NCBI GenBank assembly: GCA_013265495.1
Contig: MU058000.1
Coordinates: 868,001-932,000 of the forward strand
Direction of reading: 5' to 3'
From: Vicugna vicugna
Lineage: Eukaryota
Length of the DNA stretch: 64,000 nt
Program-made: the position numbers and the translations under genes
The notes under the pieces: model-generated
Database searches by the model: none
What the model was told of the DNA's origin: nothing
What the model saw: the letters and a program-made list of their open reading frames with translations, nothing else
In this document: positions 42,157 through 55,201 of the stretch, in pieces
How positions within the stretch are numbered: position 1 is the stretch's first letter
Layout: each line of letters begins with the position of its first letter

Positions 42157-42534
42157 TGTCTTAGTCTGGGCTGCTATGGTGAAATACCATAAACTGGGTG
42201 GCTTATCAACAACAGAAATTTATTCCCACAGTTCTGGAGGCTGAAAGTCTGAGGTCTGGGTGCCAGCACAGCTGGGTTCTGGTGAGCACCCTCTTCCAGG
42301 CTGTAGACTGCAGACTTCTCATTGTGTCTGCACGTGGCAGAGAGCAGACGGGAGAGAAAGTGAGTGACCCGGGGACTCCTATGGGGGCCACTAATCCCAT
42401 TCATGGGGACTCCTTCCTCCTGATTTCATCTAAGTCTGATCACCTCCCAAAGGCCCCACGTCCTAGTACCATCACACTGGGAGTAGGGTTTCAACAAATG
42501 AATTTTGCGGGACACAAACATTCAGTACGTAAGA
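42157..42534 (-). mobile_element. MaLR solo LTR (MLT1A-like)
   Basis: tgtcttagtctgggctgctat...gaaatttattcccacagttctggagg...ggacacaaacattcag. Confidence 0.85.
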
Positions 42535-43714
42535 GATGTGAACCCTAGAGCATCTCCTCATATCACCAGGCCTACAGAACCCATCAAAATGGGGACATGG
42601 CACGTCTAGCCACAGAAGGGGCCAGAGTGTGCTTTGGGCCGTGGAGAGGCTCTGAGTGATCTTGTGTACCTGAGGAGAGAGAAAGTGAGCATGAGGACCA
42701 GTAGGCTGGTTGCTAGGAACAGAGAGGGTGGACAGACAAAAAAGTACATGGCTGAAGTCTCACTGAATCTCACATGTCACAGGGCCAAACTGAGAGCCAG
42801 ATCAGTAGGGGGAGGTCAGGGGGCATTGCTGGGCCAGGAGAACAGCAGGGGAAGGTCAGGGACCAGGACCACTCCCCTACCTGCATGCCACTTTGTGATT
42901 TAAACTTTTCCTGAGTGCAAGACGCCCTCCTGGGATGGGGTGGGGGGGGGTGTTGTGTGTGGGTGAATAGATCTTAGATTGGTTCAGTTTTAAAGTGAAA
43001 GTGACAAAACATAAACCAAAACAGCAAAAAGCATTTGCTTTATTAGACTGAAGAAGACCTAACCCCTAAGAGACTGAATTAAGTTGTCTGCCATCAGAGA
43101 GGTGGGTGGCACAAAGATCAGAAATTAAAATGAGTTGTACTGCACCTTGTTCACTGCTGGGACCATGAAAACACACACCTGGTACATCCTCAGTCACCCA
43201 TACAGTCCTTACTGTAAATCAAATGTGTGGTTCTTTTGTTGCCTGCTGCCTTCCAGGGGAGCAGGAACTCCGACCTGACTTCCCAGGTCAGAGTCCAGCA
43301 GGCACTCGCTCTTGATAGTCTCAGGTGCCCCCTTGTGGCCATCACTTGATTTGGGGCCCACTAGGGGCCGGAGGCAGAAAGCTCCTTCCTCTGTGTTTCC
43401 TTATAAGGTCAGAGGCGGCTCAGAGGGTAAAAGGTCTAAGGATCCGGGGGGTTACAAATCTTGGTGACATACACATGACTGTTCCCTACAAAGCATGTGC
43501 ATGGCGTCAGGATGGCGGACGCAGGAAGGTTCCAGAAGCAATGCCCTGCTCTGCCCAGACCAGGCCTGTCCGAGGACAGCCTGAGCCCTGGATGACTGTC
43601 CAAACCCACCCTCTCCCTCTCCGTGGCGAGTGTCTTTGGAGGTTCTCCTTTCCACTAGGAGGCCTCATTTGAGGCCATTTTGTCCTTCAGACATGTTGTA
43701 TTATATTTTTTTTT

Positions 43715-44335
43715 AAATAAACTTTTAATCCTAGAATAGTTTTAGATTTACAGAAAAGTTGCAGACAGGACACAATTCCCATATATGTGTACCACACCTG
43801 GTTTCTCCTAATATTAACATGCTCTTACATTATTGTGGGACTTGCCACAGTGGATGAACGAGTATGGATACATTTTTATTAACTGAAATCCAAACTTGAT
43901 TCAGCTTTGCCTAGTTTTTACCGAATATCCTTCTGCTCCAGGGTCCCATCCAGGAAACCATATTGCATTTAATCTTACCTCAGGCTCCTGTTGGTTCTGA
44001 GAGTTTCTCACATCTTCCTTGTTTTTGTTTTTGTTTTTTGGAGATTGACAATTTTGAGGGGGACTGGCAGGTTATTGTGCAGAATGTTTCTCAGTTGGGA
44101 TTTGTCTGATGTTTTCCTTCTGATTAGATTGGGGTTCTGGGATTTGGGAGAAAGATCACAGAGGTGAAGGGCCCTTCTTACAAAGCCACCTACAATCATT
44201 ACGACTTATCTCTGTGGAGGTTGACCTTGACCATCTGGTGGAGGTGATGTTTGCCAGGTTTCTCCACTTGCGAGGTTCTTTCGTTTTCTCCTCTCTTTCT
44301 GTACTGTTTGCTTAGGAAGGAAACCACCCAGCGGA
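43715..44335 (-). mobile_element. Old L1MB-type 3' UTR
   Basis: tagaatagttttagatttacagaaaagttgca...gggatttgtctgatgttttcc...gttgaccttgaccatctgg. Confidence 0.75.
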
Positions 44336-44464
44336 GCGTTTCTGTCACTTTTGAATTTCGATGAAAAGAACCCGCATCTCCAGCAGTGGTTGTGTTTTTC
44401 AGAGTCATTTCATAAGCAATTTATTATCTGTGGTACAATTATCTGTGGTACAAAAAGAATAATT

Positions 44465-44668
44465 GGGGGGAGGGTATAGCTCAAGTGGTAGAGCTCGTGC
44501 TTAGCATGCACGACATCCTGGGTTCAATCCCCAGTACCTCCACTGAAAAACCAGATAAATAAACGTAATTACCTGCTCTTTGCAAAATAAATAAATAAGT
44601 AAATAAATAAGTAAATAAATAAATAAAACAAACAAACAAAACCAAAACTAAAACACACCAAAAAACCC
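44465..44668 (+). mobile_element. Camelid tRNA-derived SINE (Vic-1 type)
   Basis: ggggggagggtatagctcaagtggtagag...ctgggttcaatccccagtacctcc, A-rich tail, near-TSD aagaata(a/t)tt. Confidence 0.88.
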
Positions 44669-44869
44669 AGAAGAATATTTGGATCCATTTTCACGGGTGA
44701 ATGTTCTCTGAAGCTATTGCCCTGCGTAGAGGGGATGGCACGTGGGCATTAAGCTGGATACCAAAACAGTGAGGAAGGACGTCGTCACCAGGGATGCGGA
44801 GCCGGCGTGGCGCCGTTTCTCCACTGACCGACATCAACAGACACACCTGCCAGGCCGGTGCCCGGCGTT

Positions 44870-47770
44870 TCAGGGCTCAGGGAGCGAGGGCAGATGGAGG
44901 CCTAGATACCATGTTTCTAACGAGCCAAAAGTTATAAATTGAGCAAAGTGTTGAAATGTGTTCTATCCTCCTGCCAAAACAAATACCCCTTCACCAAGAA
45001 CCTGCAAGTCGGCAAATATCAAAGACAGCTGAGTTTAATTATTATCACATATGCTTGGGTGTTCTGTTGATGGTCGTGTTTGGTGTGACTCATGAAGTAA
45101 AGACATATGTAATGTAAGAATTACGTATTCCAAAATTTTTATTTTTCTTGCCTTAATTTCAGCAGTGTCTCTAATTAGGTTGTTTAATCAAGATTTTTTT
45201 TCACAAAGTTTCTGCTCTATTGACAAAGTGTGCCAAATTACGTAATCTTTTTGGAGTCATTGAAGTTCTTAGGTGGTTTTGTATTCCAATTTGGGGAAAT
45301 CACTCTGCTGAGGCTGAAGCAGTTTGAATTGTCAATAAAGTTCTTAAAGCATTACCTAAATTCAGAAACGCACCACAATATTATATAACATGTTCAAATA
45401 TTGTGATAGAGTTGCATGTAATAAATTGTATTTATTACAGAAAATATTACATATTGTAATTCATGATATAATTGCTGTTTTTATATCATAATTTAAACTG
45501 TTCCTCAGAGTAATTTCTAGATCCATTCATGGATTTTCTTTCACATTTTTCAATGCTGAGGTGTTATAAAGAGAACTTAAAATAGCAGTTAGATATTCAA
45601 TTTGTTAAAAATCTCTCTTCAGTTAACAGTAAACCCTGATCTATGGTTTGTTGGAAGATAGCTTTTCTAAAATTTGTTTTGGAAAATATTTATACACAGT
45701 AATGAAAACTTTTTCTTTTTCTAAATTCTTTATATTTTGTTTGAATATCACTTTGTTGCACATTTATATGTTTCTTTCAAGTTGGAGAAAAATTCTCTAA
45801 AATTAAAAATGTATAATTTAATGCTTCTGAAGTGGAATATCATAGTAGATCTGTTTTGTTTCTTCTTTAAAGCTAAAAGTAAGCAATGGATCATACCAGG
45901 TAACTACAGATAGCACAAATTCAAAATTAACTTCATTTTTGATGATTATTCACTTTTTATTTGGGAATATTATTTTGCTGAACTCTGCTAGTACATCTTA
46001 GAGCTTGTTGAATGGAATCTAATTACTTTAACAGCATGTAGTCCACATCCTATTACATGTCAAATTTAGGTCCAAGGTCAAATTTCACATTCCATCCTGG
46101 TATCCATCTTTGGGCAGATCTAAAAACACTGCATTTCATCTCTGGAGTTGTTCTAAAGAGTAGCAGTCCTGTTGGTGCAGCAATGAATTCCAACTATGTT
46201 CCATACACAGCAAAAACAAAAGCTTCTGGACTTTGGGTAAAAATTCTTGCTTACTCATGTTTTTGTATGCCAGCCATATTTGTGAGATTAGGCAAGCCTT
46301 CAAGATTTTTTCATCAGTCTCTTAAGTCAGTTCCTAAAATTAAAGGCTGCTTTCTCAGTTTTCCAGAAAAGTCTAAATCCATTTTCCCAACTGATGTAAA
46401 ACTAGTGAAATATATGAATTTTGACTTGTTTTCCTTTTCTGGTAGTTCAACAATACATGTAATGAAAATACATTTTTTGGTATAAATTTTGATGCTTGGA
46501 CAACCTGATTGAGCTGAGTAATAATAACTTTTTAAACTTTATGTATGTTTTCTTTCCTTACCTTCTAACTCATAAAATTAGCAGCCTCATTTTGAATTTT
46601 CTGTCCTTTAGAGTGATCATTTACTTCATTATGCTTATCTGTATTCTATTTTTGTTTATTTTAACACCTCAAATTGAAACTGTTTATACTAAACCTGGAC
46701 ACTTTCCATTGTTTTCTGTAAATACTGTGCTTTCAGTGACCCAAAAAGCATTATTATGGTTGGCAAATTTTCATACATAATGCCATCCTTCTAAGAACAT
46801 CACAAGAAGGTTCTCAACTGGCATTTACTTATGTTTACTGAATATATTGATTGCTCTTTATTCATCCCTCTTTTCAGTGCTATAATTACATTTGTAGTTT
46901 TTGTGTGTGCAAATTATGTTTTGTGATGTGTAATTGTATATTGATTTGGTAAAGAATATGAGGTTGTAGGAATTTCATCTGACCTATCCGTATTGTGAAT
47001 TGCTGAGTATAATATTCTAATTTTCATCTTAAAAATAGCAATTGAATTTTCATTAAATAGAGAATATATAAAAAATTGGTCAGGAATTTTATATGAGTCA
47101 TGCTTGATGGAAATTTGCTTATTCTTTTGGTTCCAGTTTAAAAATATTTAAGCAATATGCTGAGTTCCACTTTCATATTTCTGTCATGATCATTTCTATC
47201 TTGAGCTCAACAATCTAAAGCATTAAGGAATAGAATTCGAAGTATATATAATTTAGACACATTTTCATCTAAAATACAAATTAATGTAAATAATGTAAAA
47301 TGTAAATAAATTTAAAAATAAATTTTATTTATATCTTCAAAAATTATTTTTCTTTTGAACTATTCAAGATAATGTTAAAATTAGAGTGATGTATAAATTA
47401 TAATTAATGAATATAAACTTTTAAAATAAAAATGAAAGTTAAAATATTTTAATTAAAATTTTTTTCTTAAAAAGAAAAATGTCATATAATTTTTCTTAAA
47501 ATATTAAAACGACATTTTAATTAAATCACATTAAATGTTTTGTAAAAAATAAAACTATTTGCAGTGTCAGCATTCACTATCCATATAGTTGCCAATGCAA
47601 AGAATCAGTATTATGCTTCATACCTGTTATATCTAAACCTACTTCTACAAATTAAAGAGCAACATCAATTATTAAAAATTGCAAAATGTCCCTTCATTGC
47701 GATTTGCAACTGCTATGAACATTGCGATATTTGTGAGGATGTCCAGAACTGTGAGTTGGAATATGGGTGA
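44870..47770 (-). mobile_element. hAT-Tip100 (Zaphod-like) DNA transposon relic with degraded transposase
   Basis: The minus strand at about 45205-45355 translates, with lesions, to ALRTLLTIQTASASAE...LRTSMTPKRLRNLA...SIEQ (hAT dimerisation domain). NNAF...ENNGK near 46700-46770 and NPEAF near 46230 also fit a hAT transposase. Confidence 0.75.
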
Positions 47771-47828
47771 ATGAGGAAAGATGAATGCTTGGCCCCCTGG
47801 AGGAATAATAGTTCAGTTTGAAAGAATC

Positions 47829-48189
47829 TGTCTTAATCCCTTCAGGCTGCTATAACAAAATACCACTGACTGAGTGGCTCATAAACAGCAGGAATTTATT
47901 GCTCACAGTTCTGGAGCCTGGAAGTCCAAGATCAGGGTGACAGCATGGTTGGGTTCTGGTAAGAACCCTCTTCTGGGTTGCAGACTGATGGCTTCTCCTT
48001 GTATCCTCATGTGACAGGAAGGGATGAAAGCTTTCTTGGGCCTCTTTTCTAAGCATACTGATTCCATTATGGGGATCCACTCCCATGACCTAATCCTCTG
48101 CCAAAGGCCCCCCTCCCAGTACCATCACCTTGGGAGTTAGGATTTCAAAGAACGAATTTTAGGGGGATGTGAACATTCAAACCGTAGCA
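47829..48189 (-). mobile_element. MaLR solo LTR (MLT1A-like)
   Basis: TGTCTTAATCC...AACATTCAAACCGTAGCA; near-TSD GAATC/GCATC. Confidence 0.85.
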
Positions 48190-48443
48190 GCATCTATTAG
48201 ATTTATGCTGAGAGGGATAAGTTAATTTGTTGTCTCTTTCCAAAGCAGTGTCCACACTAACAACATTGGCAACAGAGCAATACAAGCCTTTTAGGACATC
48301 TGGACACAATTGCTTTCAGTTTCAAGGTCTTAGAGCAAGAGCTATGCAGAATCATTTCTCCAGCCCGGGTGGTGGTAGTTACGAATGATGTTCATGTTAC
48401 AGGATGCACTGAGCCAGGGTACAATCTCAGTGCTTGCGCATGC

Positions 48444-48446
<3 letters not shown>

Positions 48447-48484
<38 letters not shown>

Positions 48485-48502
48485 GTGTGTGTATGTGTGT
48501 GT
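48447..48502. repeat. (TG)n microsatellite
   Basis: Directly visible TG dinucleotide run. Confidence 0.95.
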
Positions 48503-48895
48503 ACACCCTAAGACATAGCATCCAGGGCAGCTCTCTTTTTGCTCAAATGAGAGCACTACTCACATCTGATATCAGACATCAAAGCAGTATGGGTAGAAGA
48601 ATAGATTTGGAGTTAAGAATTCATTTTGTCTTTTTTAAAAATTTAAGAATTGTTAGTTAACTATAAAGACGGTCTTAAATACTTTTAGGGGAATAGCCCC
48701 AAAACAAACAAATGAAACTAAACAACTCTCCCCAAACCCCACCAGAAACTCCAAAACATTATGTGCATTTTTGTCAAGAAAGAGATAATCATGTTTTTTT
48801 TCCAGACCACCCACTGTTTTTTATAATCCAAAGTGCACATGTAATCCAAAAGCCATTCATCCAAAAATGAAAAAGAGCTCTTGCATAATAGCGGT

Positions 48896-49712
48896 TGTGG
48901 TCTCCCTGTGTGAGATTATAGAAAATATATGTTTATTTGGCTTTGCTCCTGGTTCCTGACACAGGGCTCCTGAAATCCCAATAATTTCCTGGGTGATAGA
49001 AGTGTCTTTGGTTTTAACAAGGTGACTCCTGAATGTGGGCTGGTCACCAGAAAGACTAAGCCACAGTTAGAAGCTTGGAACTTTTAGCCTCAACCCCCCT
49101 TTCTCCAGAGAGGAGAGAAGGGCTGGACATTGAGCTGTGACTGATTATGCCCATGGGATGAAGCCTCCATAAAAATCCCAAAAGTACAGGCTTGAGGGAC
49201 TTCTGGGTTGGTCAACTTGTGGAGGTGCTGGGAGAGTGGCATCTGGAGAGGGCATGGAAGCTCTGTGCCCTCCGCACACACTTGCTCTCTGCATCTCTTC
49301 CATCTGGCTGTTCATGAGTCCTTTATCAAATCCTTTTATAATAAACTGGTAAACAGTAAGTAAACAGTTTTCTTGAGTTCTGTGAGCTGCTCTAGCAAAC
49401 TAACCAAACCCGAGGAGGGAGCTGAAGGAACATCTGATTTACAGGTGATTGCTCAGAAGCACAGAGGACTAGAGACTGGCATCCAACATTGGGGTGGGGG
49501 CATTCTTGTGGGAGCGAGCCCTGAACCTGTGGGATCTGATCCTGTCTCTAGGTAGATTGTGATAGGAATTAAATTGGAGGACACCCAGCTGATGTCAGAG
49601 AACTGTGTGGTGTGGGAAAAAACCCCACACATCCGGTGTCAGACGTGTTGTGAGGGTGGTGGTGTGAGAGTAAAGGAGAGACACGGGGGAGGAATGAGGC
49701 ATCTCTCATACA
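48896..49712 (+). mobile_element. MER21-like solo LTR (ERVL class)
   Basis: gaaaatatatg...cctggttcctgacacagggctcctgaaatccc...ctgagttctgtgagctgctctagcaaa-like...aattaaattggaggacacccagctg. Confidence 0.75.
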
Positions 49713-50298
49713 CTCTGTTCAACTCCATGGCACTTAACCCACTGCATAATTAATTTTTATATCATCTGTTTAACATTTGTTTCCCTTGTTGGGGTTTGAG
49801 GGAGATTTATTATCCCACCTCCTTCCTTCTCTGGGTTCAGAATCAAGTAAGAAAAAACCCGCATAAGTCAGACAGAGATAAAAACATCAGCCTTGTTACT
49901 GATGACACTCTCCTGACAACCCCGCTTGCTGCGGATGTTTGTGACTCATCGACGGAGAGATGCCTGAGTTTTTGCAGGTTCAACTAAGTCCTTGGAAGAT
50001 ATATACAACACTCACAAGCCCCCATTCCCCACTTCTTTCAGGAGATATCGTAAACTTCCAGAGATTAAAAAAATTAACTGCAATCTCTTCTAATGAAAGA
50101 AAGAAAAAAAAAGAGCATACGGCACGCTGGGAGTAGAGCCGCAAGAGGAAGGACTTAGGGGCGCTGCTCCAGCAGCAGGACAGGGTCCGGGAGGGGACAC
50201 GTGGCGTGTGTGCGCGGCGTGTGTGCGCACGGCGCCTGCGCGAACGCGGACACGGACACAGACGCCGAACCGAGGGGCTGTTTTCGGTGTGTAGCTGG

Positions 50299-50701
50299 TG
50301 TTGGTCTGCAACCTGGCGAGTTCTCCGGTTGAGAGCCGACACTGGCCCCCATACGTGGAGGACAAGGAGAGACTGAAGAAGGAGGCAGCCACTCCGGACT
50401 GGTAGGTGACAGGTTTAATAAGCAAGGGAACTTACCTAGGAGGCTAAGACGAATAGATTCCGCACTGCCCGCCGGCTACAATCTTAACGTTTTTACAGAG
50501 GCCTTACTGGGATCCAGTCACGTATTCCATGCAGATTATATCAACAGCACTTTTCTCTCTCAAGGCTGCATCCTTGAAAACGGCTCCCCCTGAGGGACCA
50601 GAGGGCACAAGGTACAGGGGAGGGGGTGCAAACCTCGGATTGCCGGGGTCTAGCTCGTGGGTCAGCCGGTGGTCATGGCCTCTCCATGACCTCCTCCAAC
50701 A
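50299..50701 (-). mobile_element. Solo LTR (403 bp), family unresolved
   Basis: Terminal inverted repeat TGTTGG...CCAACA; perfect 5-bp TSD GCTGG (50294-50298, 50702-50706); ATTAAA on the minus strand near 50415. Confidence 0.85.
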
Positions 50702-51613
50702 GCTGGGCCCTTCTTTCTCAGCAGGTTGGGCAGAGGGTGATGGAGATGGATTTTTAGGGCAGGGGGTGAGGGGTGGAGGGAGGGTCACTGAGATTCCAGA
50801 GCTCCTGAGCTTTCAGGCTTCCTAGGGTCTCTGGTATAAATAAGAGACTTTAATTTTCATCCCTCTTGATAAGACGGTTTGAGAGAGTTGGTTAGTTGTT
50901 AGGTTGTATGAGGTCACCAGGGTCCTTGAACTGGGAGAGCGATAAGAAGGGAGCGAACAGAACTAAATGGGGGTAGCCCGGAATGAATGTTGTGACAGAA
51001 TAGAAACGATACATTCATTGAAAGTGGGTAAGCAAAGCCAGACTGATGGCTAGGGTTAGACTGTGGGGGTGGGGGATCAGCCCTAGCTGGGCTCAGGGGG
51101 TGACCAGGTGGAGGTGAGCCTGCCACTTGTGGTTGTGGAATGTAAATTAGATGGTGGAGGTGTAGGCAGACACGGTGGTGAGGCGTGGGGTGGGGGCTCG
51201 CCTGGCATACAGATAGGAGCCCCTGCCCCCTCCTCCCCAGTAAAAACACCCTTCCCTCTGATGAAATTGGAGAAGCTCACCTGACTGGTTGCTGCTAGTG
51301 GCAAAAACTAACAGCTTGTGCTCAGAAGGGAACTGAGTAAAAAGCCATCGCTAAAGGAGTGTGAAAAAATACTTGCCAGTTAGGCCTGGAGGCCAGGCTG
51401 CCTTGTGGAAGAGCGTTACATGTATCTGAACTTTAAGAAACACTGGTGCATATTCAGGGTTGTGTGGAGTTTTGAGTGAATGCTCAGTAGTGTTGACTTA
51501 GAAGGGAACGTCTCTGCACACAAACCAAAATGACCTAAATAAGGCTCTGTGGGGCTCAGGCAGTGGTTATCTGTGTAAGCTAGTCTGTGCACATCGGGAA
51601 TCCCAGCTGTTCC

Positions 51614-51756
51614 TTATTTATTTATCTTATTTTGGGGGGGGATGGGGAGGCAATTAGGTTTATTTTCATTTGCTTTTTTAACGGAGGTACTGGGGATTGA
51701 ACCCAGGACGTCATGCATGCTAAGCATGTGCTCTGCCGCTGAGCTCTATCCCTCCC
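51614..51756 (-). mobile_element. Camelid tRNA-derived SINE (Vic-1 type)
   Basis: ggaggtactggggattgaacccaggac...catgctaagc...gctgagctctatccctccc; T-rich tail on the plus strand. Confidence 0.85.
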
Positions 51757-53974
51757 GTCTTCATCCAATTTTATGTTAGATTCTGTTTCTACTAGGGTGA
51801 CCATAGGAGATCTAATAAATTTAACCACAGGGACATAGTGGCCCTGTAACCAAGCACATTTTACATGTCTTGTGCAATTTTGCAAGGAAGTAGGGTAAGA
51901 AGTGGAAATGTGTTTGCAAATCTGTAGCTTCTGAAGCATTTGATTTTGTAGACTGAGGGGCGACCTAGGGTGGCAGTTTACTTTCGCTTCTTTAAAAGGT
52001 TTTAGGACTGGATTTGTCCTATGATATCATTTAATTTCATCTTCTCACTTTAGAAAAGATAACAGACCCACAGAGAGTCAGAGTTTTGCTGAAGATAATG
52101 AGACCTTGCTGGCTGTCAGGCAGGATCTTGAAGGCGTCCTGCTCTGATAAGACTGGAATCCGGGGAATCTCTCTGTGGGGTTTATGTGACATACTGGGCA
52201 GCAGGGTCTCTTGAGGGTGCCCTCAACTCCCTCAAGCTGCTTGTCCCCCTGCGTGGGTCTTGTGGGAGAATCCTGCCCCTGAAACCCCCTGGGGTGACTT
52301 CAGAGAGCCCCTTGGAGGATGAGTGAGTCCTGTGTACTTGCTGCCACCACTGCTTAGCCTCTGGGAGAACACAGAGAGAACACAGTGCTGCTTTCTTCCC
52401 TTGGCATCTCTCAGGAAGAGAGATGCGCATGTAGGCCAGTGACACTGGGGGAAAGGGAGGATTCAGCTTTGGAGACTCGGACATCGAATTTGAGACAGGG
52501 GAGATCAATGCATCCTGCAACTGCTCAGCTGAGTCTGCGACACTGACCTCCCTGCCTGTTCCCCTTTCCGGGCAAGAGCTCCCCTTCAGCATGTAATCTG
52601 CTACCAAAGCACCTGCTCATTCCCTCTATGCCACACTTTGGAGACCTTTCAGCCTTCCGCAAGCTGCTTACTTGCTGGGTGCCCCCCTCCCCTTAGACAG
52701 GAAAGAAAGACACATCCGGGGAGGTCAGAGCAGTGACACTGAAGGGGTCATCATCAGTGATGTCAGCTTCCCTTCCCTGACGAACCCAACCCCAGAGCTG
52801 CATTCTGCTGGCGCACATAGCATTATTTGACAGATCTTGGTTGATTGAAAATAAATTTGTGGTAAAAAAAAAAAAAAGACAGATTTTAGAACACAGTGGG
52901 GTATGTTTAAGATTGATTCTCTGATCTCAGAGAAAAGAAAACTGAAAGGTAGTTTTCCTCTAATTTCAATCAGAATATTTTGAAGGTGAAAGGGATCTTA
53001 GTTATTATTCTGTTTCCTTGTTGTTATACAAATAGGGATTTAATGACTTGGTGTCTCGCTGCCTGAACCTTGGTTCAGTAACATACACGCAAATATTTTC
53101 ATTTTTGGATCGAATGGAATTATCTGTTGGATAGATACCCAAACACCTCTTCCCTCAGACTCCCCGTTCCTTGCTCATGCTTCCTGAATATTTGGCTATC
53201 GAGTGGCTCATTAAGCTGGGAAACAGGCGGTAGCTTTGGGGTCTTTATGCTTTAATCTGCGTCTTGCCATGGGCTCATGACTTCTGAAGCCCGCCCCTTG
53301 ACAGTTACAAAGACTGCCAGAGGCTCAGATTCGCAAATACTGACAGTTTTGCCAGGGCTGTTTTGATGAGTGCAATTAAAAAACACAGCACAATCCTCCT
53401 CCACCCCTTCCCCTTTAAAAAAGCTATTGCATGCTGCAGACTCTTGAGTCATTTAGATGGTCTAGGATGTTAATAACGAAGGCTCGTGCTTCAAAACAGC
53501 CCACAGCAAATAGATGCAGGGTTGTGGTCCAGTTCCAGCTTTTAGAGAAGCGAAGTGAAGGCAGCAAACTGGCCATGAAGCTTGAGGCACATCGCTCATG
53601 CCTCACCACAGCTTGAGCTGTGTTTAGCACATAGTAGGTTCTTCATAAATACTTGTTGAATGATGAATACGTGTCAGTGAAAAGAGGGTGCTTAAATTAT
53701 TTAAATAGAAGCTAAAAATTATATAGAAAAGTCAACTTTGCTCTGCTTGAGCACACTCAGATAATGAGTGTGCATGGTAGGCACTCAACCCATGATTTGT
53801 GTGTGTGTATATATATGTGCATGTGCATATATTTGTATATGTATGTGTATATATATTACTGCTGTTGCAAAGCTATAACTACTGCTCCTGTTATTCATAC
53901 ACCCAACAAGTATTTCATGAGTATACATTATACGTAAGACACTGGAGCTACAACTAGGAACAATAATAATTTGT

Positions 53975-54195
53975 ATGATAAAGTGGGAAGCAAATTTGCT
54001 TTGGAATCAGACACCCTGGGTTTGAGTCCCAGCTCTTTCACTTAACGACCTCCAGAGAGGACTTGGGCATGCTAACTTCTCTGAGCCTTTGTTTTCTCAT
54101 CTTTAATGTAGAGATATTAGTGGCATTTTTGATAGTAGGGTTGTTATGAAGATTAAGTGAAGTAAATAACATCTGTTAAGTTTGCAAAGTCACAG
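53975..54195 (+). mobile_element. MIR SINE
   Basis: gctttggaatcagacaccctgggtttgagtcccagctct...ttctctgagcctttgttttctcatct. Confidence 0.7.
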
Positions 54196-55201
54196 ACCGT
54201 GGTCAGTGTAGGAAGTTTTTCCACGGACAGAGTGTTTCAGAAGCTATGGCATTTCACCACAAGAGGGCGGCATGACCACACTGTTTGGAACCCCCTTTCC
54301 TCCCCATGCAGATGGCTCCCAGCATTGAACACAGCGTCACGCTCATATTGTGAGTTTAACGCAACATTTAAAGGCCTAAACAGCTTAGTATAATATTTTA
54401 AAAGTGGCAGGTTCTAACCTCCAGGCTTCTCTTCAACTGGATATTGATAGGCACGATCAATTAGATATTCTACATTCCAGATGTTGAGAATATTTTTGCA
54501 ATTAGGACTCAGCTGGTTCAGAATTTTTGTCTTAAAAATTAGGCCAAGTTATCTAAAAGCATCAGACTGTCTCTGAGTATACCCAGAGTTTCATGGAGAG
54601 TTGGCCCAGCTGCTCAACCCAGGCCTCCTGGTAGTCATTTGAAGTTTGTATAGATTCTTTACCCTGTATTAGACAATCTTTCATTCACCAGATATTTACT
54701 GAGGACCTACTACGTACGTACCAGCTGCTGTTCTAGGTGCTGAATATTCAGCAGGAGGTTAAAAAAAAAAGACAAATTAAGACATCATCATGGTCAGTAA
54801 GCAATTTATGAGATTTATCAAGTTTGCAAATTAAAGTAACAAGAAAGAAGCAGCACAGCATGTTAGAACAATAGGGCAGGGCTGCCAGTTCCCACACCCG
54901 GGCCTGGGGCTGTTGTAGACCCCTTTGTTGGAGTGGCCAGCGCTGATCCTCACCCATGGCTGACGGGCTGGACTTTGCCAATGTGATGTCCCAGCAGGGA
55001 ACGTGTATATCAGTGATTCTAAACCTTTGTGCCATGCCACACAGGTGTAGTACTCAGAACTGTAAGGAGTGCATAAGGGGAAATTTGCTCATTGCAATGA
55101 ATCTCAGCCTGGAAATCAGGGAGCAAAAACTGCAACCTGCTTTATCCTCCAGTGAGTCATTCTAAGTTTATTTTGTTCCCTGATTCCATTAGGTAGGACA
55201 G

